64,000 bases of DNA, taken from contig DATEHU010000059.1 of the NCBI GenBank assembly GCA_035279405.1, forward strand, positions 26,552-90,551, in the 5' to 3' direction. The DNA comes from Gammaproteobacteria bacterium. GTDB taxonomy: Bacteria > Pseudomonadota > Gammaproteobacteria > Natronospirales > REEB76. The position numbers were made by a program, and so were the translations under genes. Positions 9,107 to 18,070 of the stretch are shown one piece after another; the first letter of the stretch is position 1; every line of letters begins with the position of its first letter. Below the pieces are notes generated by a model. It did no database searches and had not been told where the DNA came from. It worked only from the letters and a program-made list of their open reading frames with translations.

Positions 9107-9874
9107 ATGTCCATGCCCGCACTGCCCACCCTGTTCATTTCCCACGGCTCGCCCATGCTGGCGGTGGATGAGAGCCAGCCCGCGCACGGTTTCCTGCGTA
9201 ATCTTGGCGGCACGCTGCCGCGCCCCGAGGCCATCCTGGTGATTTCGGCGCATTGGGAGACCGCGGCTCCCCGCGTTAATGGAGCTGTGCACCTCGACAC
9301 TATCCACGATTTTTACGGCTTTCCCGAGCCCCTCTATGAGTTGCGATATCCGGCGCCGGGCAATCACGCGCTCGCCAAGGACGTGGCGCGCCAGCTCGGC
9401 CCGCCGGCGGGTGTGGATTTGGTGCGCGGGTTGGATCACGGCGCCTGGGTACCGCTGCTGCTCATGTATCCCAAGCATGACATTCCCGTATTGCAACTCT
9501 CACTGCAAACCCCGCTCGGCCCGGCGCATCATCTGAAAATCGGCGAAGCGCTCAAACCCCTGCGAGAACAGGGCGTGCTGATTCTCGCCAGTGGCGGCGC
9601 TACCCACAATCTGCGCGAGTATTTTCATGCCAGCGACGACCACAAGCCTTACGAAGATTTTGCGGACTGGCTGCACGATACGCTGACGCGCGGCGACCAC
9701 GAAGCATTGTTAAATTACCGTCAACGCGCCCCGCAGGCGGCACACTGCCATCCGACCGAAGAACATTTCCTGCCGCTGTTCGCGGCCCTCGGCGCCGGTG
9801 GACCCAAAGTGCGGCGTCTGCACCACAGCTTCGACCGCACACTCTGTATGGACGCCTACATCTTCGAGGACTAG
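9107..9874 (+). CDS. ygiD: Class III extradiol dioxygenase, 4,5-DOPA dioxygenase extradiol (YgiD family)
   Basis: 255-aa ORF. LFISHGSPM, LVISAHWET, TIHDFYGFPEPLYELRYPAPG and ASGGATHNL match my recollection of E. coli YgiD motifs. Confidence 0.85.
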   Translation: MSMPALPTLFISHGSPMLAVDESQPAHGFLRNLGGTLPRPEAILVISAHWETAAPRVNGAVHLDTIHDFYGFPEPLYELRYPAPGNHALAKDVARQLGPPAGVDLVRGLDHGAWVPLLLMYPKHDIPVLQLSLQTPLGPAHHLKIGEALKPLREQGVLILASGGATHNLREYFHASDDHKPYEDFADWLHDTLTRGDHEALLNYRQRAPQAAHCHPTEEHFLPLFAALGAGGPKVRRLHHSFDRTLCMDAYIFED

Positions 9875-9911
9875 GATTGTTCGGTCGCATGTAGAACATC
9901 GGAGGGGGACT

Positions 9912-10853
9912 ATGCGAGCAAGAATCCTGACGATGCTATCGATTGCAGGTCTTTTGGCCGGCTGTGCCATCGCGCCTGCAGTCCCCTATTGGCAAAACCC
10001 GGACTGGGTCAATTCGCTGGCCGCCGCCGTGAAGCACAACGTGAAATATCCACATTCCGCAGCTGCGCAGGATTTCCCTTCCGGCACGGCCATCGTCACG
10101 TTCATCTACTACAAAGGCAATTTACTCGAACCCCACGTTGTGCAATCCACCGGCTCGTCGGTATTGGACGAGGCCATTACCGAGCAGATACCCAAAATCA
10201 AACCACCGCAGGCCGCAGGATTGAACGCGGATACACCACACGCCTTCCAAATGACAATTACCATGTCGCCATACGTCGCCAGCTTACGCCTAGCCTTACG
10301 TCAGGCCCTCGCCGCGCACATTCGATATCCAATTCTGGCGGAACGCAATGGATCCGGTGGCTTGCTAATAGCGTATTTTGAATACAGGGACGGAGAAATT
10401 CTGAATCCGAAAATCCAGAAGTCCAGCGGCAACATTGGATTGGATCAGGCCGTGCTCCGGGAATTGCAGACTGCAACTCTCCCCAAACCCCCGGACTGGC
10501 TCAAGGACAAGACCTTCAGTTTCACGGTTCCTTACTGCTTCGCCAGCGGCTTCAGCGCTTGTGCCTACACCGAGACGCGGATCCGCTATGTACCTGTCGG
10601 CGAATCTAGTTCGCCGTCCAAACCGCCCTGCGCTGTAGTCGGGTATGAATACAAGAATGGGACCATTTCCAACGTACACCTCATCAAATCGAGCGGCGAG
10701 GCTGACTTTGACAAGCGTACCTTGGCCGAAGCAGCTGAAGGCAAGCTACCCGATCCGTCGAAGCGATTTGATCGTGCGGTCACTGACTACACCGTGCCGG
10801 TATGCGGCCACAGCAGCTCCGCGCCGGCGCCATCAAACTCCAATCCAGGCTGA
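9912..10853 (+). CDS. Lipoprotein with three TonB C-terminal-like repeats
   Basis: ATG 9912 is preceded by GGAGGGGG. Signal plus lipobox MRARILTMLSIAGLLAGC. Three repeats follow the pattern [Y/R]P...G.[AIV]...F.....G.[IL]....[IV]..S[ST]G...[LF]D (VKYPHSA...VVQSTGSSVLDEA; IRYPILA...IQKSSGNIGLDQA; ...HLIKSSGEADFDKR). The track ORF start at 9798 overlaps ygiD and was rejected. Confidence 0.65.
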   Translation: MRARILTMLSIAGLLAGCAIAPAVPYWQNPDWVNSLAAAVKHNVKYPHSAAAQDFPSGTAIVTFIYYKGNLLEPHVVQSTGSSVLDEAITEQIPKIKPPQAAGLNADTPHAFQMTITMSPYVASLRLALRQALAAHIRYPILAERNGSGGLLIAYFEYRDGEILNPKIQKSSGNIGLDQAVLRELQTATLPKPPDWLKDKTFSFTVPYCFASGFSACAYTETRIRYVPVGESSSPSKPPCAVVGYEYKNGTISNVHLIKSSGEADFDKRTLAEAAEGKLPDPSKRFDRAVTDYTVPVCGHSSSAPAPSNSNPG

Positions 10854-10854
10854 A

Positions 10855-11718
10855 TCACGGCAGAAGCGTGGCGGGTATTGTCTTGGCGCGGTGGCCAAGC
10901 GGCTTCAGAACGTAAAAATCCTCCAGTGTGCGCAGCAGGCTGTAGTGATCCACGAACTGCCCGCTGTGGGCAGGTTTGAGTCCTGCGCCAACGACAATCA
11001 GCGGTATCTGGTTGGTCATACTGCGGGCATCGCTTTCGTCCCAGGTAACGACCAGCAGGCTGTTATGTGATTTGGCCCATTCTGCGTAACGACTCAGATG
11101 CACTTTCAGCCAGCGATCACCTTCGGCGATGGTGCCGTCGTGCATGTCGTTCATCATGTTGGGAACCACGAAAGCCACGGTCGGTAACTTGGCATAGTCA
11201 CTCGGGAACGCGCTGAACGTCAGATTTACCGACGCCGGCAAGGCAGCCTGAAAATCCGCCACCGGATTGTGCTTGCGGCGATAGAGTCCTTTGTCGGCGC
11301 TGCAGCCGGTAAATCCGGAGTTGGGCATGCTTTCCGAATAAATGGCAAAGCTCAGCTTTTTCGCCAGGAGTTCGCTCGCCAGCGTGGGCCCGGTCAGATC
11401 ATGCGGACAGGAGTCGTCCGTCAGACCATAAGTCGAACCGGCAAACAGTGCCACGTAGTTCGGCTGGCTGGGATGCACGATTCCGTGTGCGTCCGTGAAC
11501 AACAGCCCCTGTTTCGCCAGTTGATTGAGATAGGGTGCTTCCGGATTACCGATGATGGTGGAAAAGGATTTGTTTTCCTCAATCACCACCACGACATGCG
11601 CGGGCCGCCAGTGTAAGGCAGCGTCCGCCTGTGCGGCTTGCGCCCAGGCGGCGATAATCAGGCCGAAAAGCATCAACGCGGCCAGCAGCGCTCTGTGAAA
11701 ATCACGACGGCTGGACAT
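10855..11718 (-). CDS. Secreted phosphoesterase-family protein (acid phosphatase / PLC-like, PF04185-type)
   Basis: Start at ATG 11718 (MSSRRDFHRALLAALMLFGLIIAAWAQA, signal/TAT-like). Motifs VVVIEENKSF, HPSQPNY, PNMMNDMHDG and VVTWDESD. Confidence 0.75.
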   Translation of the reverse strand: MSSRRDFHRALLAALMLFGLIIAAWAQAAQADAALHWRPAHVVVVIEENKSFSTIIGNPEAPYLNQLAKQGLLFTDAHGIVHPSQPNYVALFAGSTYGLTDDSCPHDLTGPTLASELLAKKLSFAIYSESMPNSGFTGCSADKGLYRRKHNPVADFQAALPASVNLTFSAFPSDYAKLPTVAFVVPNMMNDMHDGTIAEGDRWLKVHLSRYAEWAKSHNSLLVVTWDESDARSMTNQIPLIVVGAGLKPAHSGQFVDHYSLLRTLEDFYVLKPLGHRAKTIPATLLP

Positions 11719-11830
11719 GCGATCTCCTTGCATGAAGTCACGGCGGAATTTGGGACTAATCATACAACCGCCCGCCCGCGCCCACGGGAGATTTTGGCGA
11801 CAGCGGTCTCATGATCCCATGCCGGCCACA

Positions 11831-12391
11831 TTATTTGGCGTTTGTCGAGATCCAGGCGGCGAACGACTGCATGAACCCCTGCAAAAACTTGCGCGTTCCA
11901 TCATTGACAAGCTTGTCGTTGGCATCAAACAGTTTGTCTGCGCCGCCGATATAGGCTTCCGGCTGCTGCATCACCGGCACATTCAGAAATACCAGTGACT
12001 GCCGTAAGTGATGGTTCGCGCCGAAGCCGCCGATGGCGCCGGGCGAGACACTGACCACGGCACCGGGCTTACCGTTCCAGACACTATGGCCGTAGGGCCG
12101 CGAGCCCACATCAATGGCGTTCTTCAAAGGCGCGGGAATCCCGCGGTTGTACTCAGGCGTGACGAACAGCACCGCCTCGGCGCGTCCGACGCGCTCACGG
12201 AAACTCTTCCAGGCGGCGGGAGGATCAGCGGTATCCAAATCTTGGTTGTACAGCGGTAATAGGCCAATCGCCACGATCTCCAGTTTCAGCTCCGGCGGCG
12301 CAAGTTCTGCAAGCGCATTCGCTACCTTGCGGTTAAAGGATTCTTTGCGCAGGCTGCCGACCAACACTGCGACATCGCATGGTTTATGCAC
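11831..12391 (-). CDS. NADPH-dependent FMN reductase family oxidoreductase (ChrR/YieF-like)
   Basis: VAVLVGSLRKESFNRKVANAL...FVTPEYNRGIPAPLKNAID. Start set to GTG 12391, which is preceded by GAGGAG at about 6 nt. The track start is 12427. Confidence 0.85.
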   Translation of the reverse strand: MHKPCDVAVLVGSLRKESFNRKVANALAELAPPELKLEIVAIGLLPLYNQDLDTADPPAAWKSFRERVGRAEAVLFVTPEYNRGIPAPLKNAIDVGSRPYGHSVWNGKPGAVVSVSPGAIGGFGANHHLRQSLVFLNVPVMQQPEAYIGGADKLFDANDKLVNDGTRKFLQGFMQSFAAWISTNAK

Positions 12392-12448
12392 GTTGTTCTC
12401 CTCTGATTGAAAAACCCGTAAGCCCATGCAGCCAAACCATGAGCTTGG

Positions 12449-12694
12449 TTACTGCTTGTATTTTTCCACGACCTCGGCCGCGCGCACTTGCGCCTTGTCC
12501 GGGTCACGCCCGAATTCCCGCAGCGCGCGGCGCTGGCGCAGCAGATCCCAACAACGATCCAGCGACACGCCGATTTCCTTCAAGCGCTGCTGGCTGGCGG
12601 ACGCCTGCTCCGGCGTGGCATTGAGCCGCTCCTCCTCTGCCACCAAGCGCTCGATGTGCTGAAGCACGCTCTGATCGGTTATTTCTTTGTGCAT
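12449..12694 (-). CDS. DUF2630 family protein
   Basis: 81-aa ORF. VLQHIERLVAEEERL...LDRCWDLLRQRRALREFGRDPD matches my memory of the DUF2630 pattern. Confidence 0.7.
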   Translation of the reverse strand: MHKEITDQSVLQHIERLVAEEERLNATPEQASASQQRLKEIGVSLDRCWDLLRQRRALREFGRDPDKAQVRAAEVVEKYKQ

Positions 12695-12747
12695 ACGGTT
12701 TCCTCCAGTCTGCTATTCATGAAGATTGCGATTGATCAGATACGCCG

Positions 12748-13161
12748 CTATCTGCCGCCTCGGCGTGCGCGAGTCCTCAGCCGCCGGCGTTGCAATTGCC
12801 GCGTGACCGTGCTTCCGGCGCGCTCCAGTGCACCGTCAATCGCTGCTTGCAATGCCGAATGCTGTTCTTCCACCACTACGCTCAGCATGCCACGCAACGT
12901 GATCTTTATGCGGCAGCGCTTGTCGCGGCCGCCGCGCGGCCCATTGACGTCTTCAATGCGCACGCTGACGCGCTCGACCTCGCTGCCAAACTTGCCCAAT
13001 TTGCGGCCAAGTTTGCGGCGGATGTAATCACGATCGGCATCGTCCACCGCTACTTTCACGCTGCGAATGTACGCAGGCAGCGGGGCACGCTTGGAGCTGT
13101 CCGGCTTGCGCACCCGGCGGCGGCCGAGGCTCGAGGTGTTACGCCCGATAATCCTGCTCAT
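12748..13161 (-). CDS. HPF/RaiA (sigma-54 modulation / S30EA) family ribosome-associated protein, with Arg-rich extensions
   Basis: 137-aa ORF. The core (VKVAVDDADRDYIRRKLGRKLGKFGSEVERVSVRIEDVNGPRGGRDKRCRIKITLRG...ALQAAIDGALERA) has the HPF beta-alpha-beta-beta-beta-alpha pattern. N- and C-termini are strongly basic. Confidence 0.6.
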   Translation of the reverse strand: MSRIIGRNTSSLGRRRVRKPDSSKRAPLPAYIRSVKVAVDDADRDYIRRKLGRKLGKFGSEVERVSVRIEDVNGPRGGRDKRCRIKITLRGMLSVVVEEQHSALQAAIDGALERAGSTVTRQLQRRRLRTRARRGGR

Positions 13162-13320
13162 GAATGGATCCTTGGGAAGACTTGTCCGTGCCTCAGCATG
13201 CCGCTTTCTGTGCCCGATTGTCTACCCCGGAGGCTGTTGAATGGTAAACGCAGTGTGCGAAAAACCGGAGATAAATCAGCAACAAGCTGAATTTATATAA
13301 GCGGCGAGTTCCGTGGCATA

Positions 13321-14106
13321 TCAAAAGCGTAACGACTGGCCGCCGTCCACGACGATTGTCTGACCGGTGATCCAGCCGGCCAGAGGCGACGCAAGAAACA
13401 GCGCAACCCGCGCCACTTCCTCCGGCGTGCCGTAACGGCCGAACGGAATGGTGGTGAGGATTTCGGCGTACTGTTCCGGCTTCTCGTGCTTGAGGCGCTC
13501 CCACACACCGCCGGGGAATTCGATGGAGCCCGGCGCGATCGCATTCACGCGAATCCTATGCTCGGCCAGCATCAGCGCCTGGCTGGTGGTGTAGTGGCTC
13601 AATGCCGCCTTCATGGCGGCGTACGGCGGGCCCATCACGCGCGGGCGCAGCGCGCCGATCGAGCTGGTGTGCAGAATCGAGCCGTGTGACGACTGCTTGA
13701 GGTACGGCAGCGCCTCGCGCGAAGCGCGCACCGCGGCCATGAGATCAACGTTGAAGTCAGCTTCCCAGTCCGCGTCCTGCTCGCGGAATCCGTAGCCGGT
13801 GGCATTGTTGATGAGCACGTCAATGCCGCCCAGCTCTTGGGCCGCAGCGGCCACCCAGGATTTGATTTCACCGCTGTGCGCGAGATCGCACCGTTGCGTG
13901 TGCAACCGGTCCGCATGCGCGCCGGCATCAGGCCGCAGTGCTTCCAGTCCCTCGGCGCCGCGCGCACAGGCGGCAACCCGGGCGCCGGTCTCGAGAAACC
14001 CCAGCACGATGGCGCGCCCGATCCCGCGGCTGCCGCCGGCAATAACGACTCGATAGTTATTGAAGTCGAATGGGATCTTCACAGCCTGCCTTTTGCTGCC
14101 ATTCAT
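13321..14106 (-). CDS. SDR family NAD(P)-dependent oxidoreductase
   Basis: 261-aa ORF with VIAGGSRGIGRAI (TGxxxGIG), NNATG, the catalytic S...YAAMKAA motif, and PG...T. Confidence 0.88.
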   Translation of the reverse strand: MNGSKRQAVKIPFDFNNYRVVIAGGSRGIGRAIVLGFLETGARVAACARGAEGLEALRPDAGAHADRLHTQRCDLAHSGEIKSWVAAAAQELGGIDVLINNATGYGFREQDADWEADFNVDLMAAVRASREALPYLKQSSHGSILHTSSIGALRPRVMGPPYAAMKAALSHYTTSQALMLAEHRIRVNAIAPGSIEFPGGVWERLKHEKPEQYAEILTTIPFGRYGTPEEVARVALFLASPLAGWITGQTIVVDGGQSLRF

Positions 14107-14137
14107 AATATTGGAAGCCTTGGTTTGTCCCGGTTCC

Positions 14138-14208
14138 CGTCACACCGGAGAACGCCGGTATCCAATATGAAATTGGCTTTTCTGGATAGCGGCGTTTGCG
14201 GGAATGAC
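14138..14208. repeat. Inverted pair of REP-like hairpin elements (family B, CTGGATNCCGGC...GCCGGAATGAC type)
   Basis: cgtcacaccggagaacgccggtatcca (14138-14164) and ctggatagcggcgtttgcgggaatgac (14182-14208) are inverted variants of the element found at 30792-30819 and 35936-35963. Confidence 0.6.
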
Positions 14209-14336
14209 AATGTTCAAACAGACACGCATTGCTCACAGGTTTCATTTGATTCTACATTAGCAGTGGCCGCGCAGTCGCCGCATGCCTTGCATTTCAGCAC
14301 TTGCGGTTTTCCTGACGCCTACCGGCATGTCGCCGG

Positions 14337-16268
14337 TCAAATGCCGATTTGCAATCCGACCGCCAGCGTCTGGGCGCTGGGAATCTGGTAGGCGGCGGTG
14401 GCGTCTTCGGTGTTGCGCGCCATCCAGGCAAACAGGCGCCCGCGCCAGCGCGCCAGGCCGCGGCGTTTGCGCCCGGCGAGCATGTCCACCTGCCCGATCA
14501 GGTAATGCACCTCGCTGAGATCGAGCTTGAGCCCGTGCTCGGCGCAGTTCGCGAGATCCGAAGGCACGTTGGGCGTCTGCATGAACCCATAGTGCAGAAT
14601 GAGCCGCCAGAAACCCTGTTGCAACTCGTTGATCTCCATGCGTTCCTCTGCTTCCACTTTGGACACCTGCTCGATGATGACCGTCAGCAGGATGACGCGC
14701 TCGTAGAGCACGCCGGTATGCCGGATCAGTTGCAGCAGCGCCGGCGGCGTCTGCTCCAGACGGCCGGTGAAGAACACCGCGGTGCCGGACACGCGCGGAA
14801 CATTGTCCGCGGTGAGACGGCCGAAAAAAGTCTCCAGCGAGGTGGTACCGGCGGCGATCTGGCGCGCCAGCAGCTCGCTGCCGCGCCGCCACGTGGTCAT
14901 GATTGTGACCAGCACCAAGCCCACGGCCAGAGGCAGCCAGCCGCCATAGGGGATTTTGAGAACGTTCGAAGCCAGAAAGCCCAGATCAATCGCGAGGAAC
15001 CCCAGCAACGCCGGCACCGCGGCGTGCAGTTTCCAGCCGGCCCATTCGCGCGCCACGTTGAAAGCCAGTATCGTGGTCGTAGCCATGGTGAAATTGATGG
15101 CCACGCCGTAGGCCGCGGCCAGATTGTTCGAGGTGCGGAACACCAGCACCAGAACGATGGCGGCAATCATCATCAGCCAGTTCACCGTCGGCATGTAGAT
15201 CTGGCCGCGCGCTTCGGCCGAAGTCTGGCGGACCATGAGGCGCGGCAACAGACCAAGCTGGATGGCCTGCCGGGTCATGGAATAGGCGCCGGTGATGGTC
15301 GCCTGCGAGGCAATGCAGGTAGCGGCGGTTGCAACCACCACCAGCGGGTACAGAGCCCAGGTCGGCGCCAGATTGAAGAACGGCTGCACCATGTGGGCCT
15401 GCGTACCGATCAGCATCGCGCCCTGACCGAAATAATTGATGAGCAGCGCCGGCAGCACCAGCATGAACCATACTTTGCGGATCGGCGCGCGCCCGAAATG
15501 TCCCAGGTCCGCGTACAAGGCTTCCCCGCCGGTGGTCACCAGAAACACCGCGAACAGCAGCATAAATCCGGTGAAGCCGTCATGGTGGAAAAACTCCACC
15601 GCGTACCAGGGATTCACCGCCAGCAGCACCGCGGGGTTGGAGACGATGCCATGGATGCCGAGCGCCGCCAGCACCAGGAACCACAATACCATCACCGGTC
15701 CGAACAGCGTGCCGACTCTGGCGGTGCCAAAACGCTGCACCGCGAACAGCAACACCAGAATCACCACCGTAATCGGGATTACCCAGCTGTGCAGCGAGGG
15801 CGCCGCCACCTTGAGACCTTCGGTGGCGCTCAGCACCGATATCGCCGGCGTGATCATGGCACCGCCGTAAAGCGTCGCCGCGCCGGCGATGCCGAGCAGA
15901 ATCAGGGCGCGGCGGCGCAAGCGCTGCTGATCCTGGTCCGGGCGCAACAACGCGAGCAGCGCAAAGGTGCCGCCTTCGCCGCGGTTGTCGGCACGCAGCA
16001 CAAACACCATGTATTTCAATGATATGACCAGAATCAGGGTCCAGAATACCAGCGACAAAACGCCGAGAACATTGGCGGCGGTCGCCGGTACCGCACTGAC
16101 GCCGGCAAAACATTCGTGCAGCGCGTAAATCGGGCTGGTGCCGATGTCGCCGTACACCACGCCCAGCACTCCCAGCGCGAGCGTGGCAAACGGCTGGCCC
16201 TCAGGCGCCGCCGACGGTGCACGTTCCATGGCCTCGTGTTGTGCATTGCGGCCGATTTCCGGCGTCAT
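14337..16268 (-). CDS. kup: KUP/HAK/KT family potassium uptake transporter
   Basis: LGVLGVVYGDIGTSPIYAL near the N-terminus, a 12-TM body and a C-terminal cytosolic domain. Start set to ATG 16268 (GGGAGA upstream); the track start 16316 is an alternative. Confidence 0.92.
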   Translation of the reverse strand: MTPEIGRNAQHEAMERAPSAAPEGQPFATLALGVLGVVYGDIGTSPIYALHECFAGVSAVPATAANVLGVLSLVFWTLILVISLKYMVFVLRADNRGEGGTFALLALLRPDQDQQRLRRRALILLGIAGAATLYGGAMITPAISVLSATEGLKVAAPSLHSWVIPITVVILVLLFAVQRFGTARVGTLFGPVMVLWFLVLAALGIHGIVSNPAVLLAVNPWYAVEFFHHDGFTGFMLLFAVFLVTTGGEALYADLGHFGRAPIRKVWFMLVLPALLINYFGQGAMLIGTQAHMVQPFFNLAPTWALYPLVVVATAATCIASQATITGAYSMTRQAIQLGLLPRLMVRQTSAEARGQIYMPTVNWLMMIAAIVLVLVFRTSNNLAAAYGVAINFTMATTTILAFNVAREWAGWKLHAAVPALLGFLAIDLGFLASNVLKIPYGGWLPLAVGLVLVTIMTTWRRGSELLARQIAAGTTSLETFFGRLTADNVPRVSGTAVFFTGRLEQTPPALLQLIRHTGVLYERVILLTVIIEQVSKVEAEERMEINELQQGFWRLILHYGFMQTPNVPSDLANCAEHGLKLDLSEVHYLIGQVDMLAGRKRRGLARWRGRLFAWMARNTEDATAAYQIPSAQTLAVGLQIGI

Positions 16269-16480
16269 GCTGGTCTCCCGCTTTCGCCCGCGGCGGCTAA
16301 GGTTCCGGGCCGGCACCCTCGGCCGATTTTATATCACAGGCTGACCGGCCGGATATGAATGAGAACGAGGAGTATGCGGGCACGATCAGCCCGATGCGCT
16401 GCCGGCACCGGCTCGCCGGATTGTCGGGGCATGCCCGATTCGACTGATGCGGATAGACCGACGCGCGGAAATTCACCGGC

Positions 16481-17881
16481 CTATTGCGTGCGATGCTTGT
16501 GGATGCGTCGCTGACGACGCGCGATCCTGGCTTTCTTGGGTGTGAGTTTCTTGCGCTGACGTGCGTACGGATTCTCGCCGCTGCGGAATTCGATACGCAC
16601 CGGTGTGCCGAAGAGTTCGAAACGCTTGCGGAACGTGTTTTCCAGATAACGCCGGTAATCGCCCGGTACTTCATCGGTCTGGCTGCCGTGGATGACGATG
16701 ACCGGCGGATTGCGCCCGCCCTGGTGAGCGTAACGCAGCTTGATGCGCCGGCCGCGAATCAGCGGCGGCTGGTGTTGGGCCACGGCCGCCTGCAGTGCAC
16801 GCGTGAGTTCCGGCGTATCCAGTTCCCGCATCGCGGCGGCCGCGGCTTCGTCCACGGAACCCAGCATTCCGCCGATACCGCTGCCGTGCAGCGCTGAGAT
16901 GAAATGCAGGCGCGCGAATTCCAGGAACGGCAGTTTGATATCTATCGTCCGGCGCACGCTGTCGCGCTGATCCGTGCTCAGGCCATCCCATTTGTTGACC
17001 GCCATGACCAGCGCGCGGCCGCGCTCCACGGCGAGCCCGAGCAAGGAGGCGTCCTGCTCGGTGATACCTTCCTGACCATCGAGCAACGCGATCACCACCT
17101 GCGCACGCTCAATCGCCTGCAGCGTCTTGACGATGCTGAATTTCTCGACTTTGTCCGCGACGCGCGCGCGCCGGCGCACGCCGGCGGTATCTATCAGCGT
17201 GTAAGCGCGGTCCTCACGTTCGAAGGGCACGTAAATGCTGTCGCGCGTGGTACCGGGCCGGTCGCCCGCCAGCATTCGCTCTTCGCCCAACAGCCGGTTG
17301 ATGAGCGTGGACTTGCCGACGTTCGGCCGGCCGATGACCGCCACGATGACGCGCGCGTCGTACTCCGCGGGCAGGTCCGCATCGGAATCCGCCGGCAACC
17401 CGGCCAGGATGGAATCAATGAGTTCCTCGACCCCGATCCCGTGCGCCGAGGCGATGGCGTGCGGCGCCCCCAGGCCCAGCGCCTGGAATTCCGCGGTCAC
17501 GAGTTCCGCGGCCATGCCTTCCGTCTTGTTGACGGCCACGTGAACCGGCTTGCCGCTGCTGCGTAGTTGCGCTGCCACGTTGTAGTCGGCGGTGGTCAGG
17601 CCCGCACGGCCGTCCACCAGAAAAATCACCGCGTCGCTTTCCGCGATGGCCTTCTGCGTCTGGCGGTTCATCCGCTCCTTGAGTTCGTCCGCCTCGCCTT
17701 CCAGTCCGCCGGTATCCACCACCACGCAGGAGCGCGCCCCCACTTTGCCGTAGCCGTACTGCCGGTCGCGCGTCAGGCCCGGCACGTCCGCCACCAGCGC
17801 GTCGCGCGTACGCGTGAGGTAATTGAAGAGCGTGGATTTGCCGACATTGGGACGGCCGACGATGGCAATGACGGGAAGCAT
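16481..17881 (-). CDS. der: Ribosome-associated GTPase Der (EngA)
   Basis: Two tandem GTPase domains ([12 protein letters not shown] and [12 protein letters not shown]; DTGG/DTAG; NKTE/NKWD) plus a KH-like C-terminus. Start at ATG 17881 ([16 protein letters not shown]). Confidence 0.95.
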   Translation of the reverse strand: MLPVIAIVGRPNVGKSTLFNYLTRTRDALVADVPGLTRDRQYGYGKVGARSCVVVDTGGLEGEADELKERMNRQTQKAIAESDAVIFLVDGRAGLTTADYNVAAQLRSSGKPVHVAVNKTEGMAAELVTAEFQALGLGAPHAIASAHGIGVEELIDSILAGLPADSDADLPAEYDARVIVAVIGRPNVGKSTLINRLLGEERMLAGDRPGTTRDSIYVPFEREDRAYTLIDTAGVRRRARVADKVEKFSIVKTLQAIERAQVVIALLDGQEGITEQDASLLGLAVERGRALVMAVNKWDGLSTDQRDSVRRTIDIKLPFLEFARLHFISALHGSGIGGMLGSVDEAAAAAMRELDTPELTRALQAAVAQHQPPLIRGRRIKLRYAHQGGRNPPVIVIHGSQTDEVPGDYRRYLENTFRKRFELFGTPVRIEFRSGENPYARQRKKLTPKKARIARRQRRIHKHRTQ

Positions 17882-17898
17882 GCAAGACCCAATGATGC

Positions 17899-18051
17899 AT
17901 CGCGGCGGAGACCGCCGCTCCCACAATATACAGGCATCGCGGCCAGAAGCCACATCTGCACAGTGCACGTCTGCAGGCGCACAAGTCGCTCACCGATCCG
18001 ACCGCCGCTCCCACAATCATCTTACCTTGTAGGAGCGGCTTTAGCCGCGAT
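17899..18051. repeat. REP-like palindromic elements (family E, TGTGGGAGCGGC / GCCGCGAT type), three copies
   Basis: atcgcggcggagaccgccgctcccacaat (17899-17927); accgccgctcccacaat (18001-18017), followed 9 nt later by its inverted partner ttgtaggagcggctttagccgcgat (18027-18051). All lie in the der-bamB intergenic region. Confidence 0.7.
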
Positions 18052-18070
18052 TTATATTTCTGCTTCCTTA

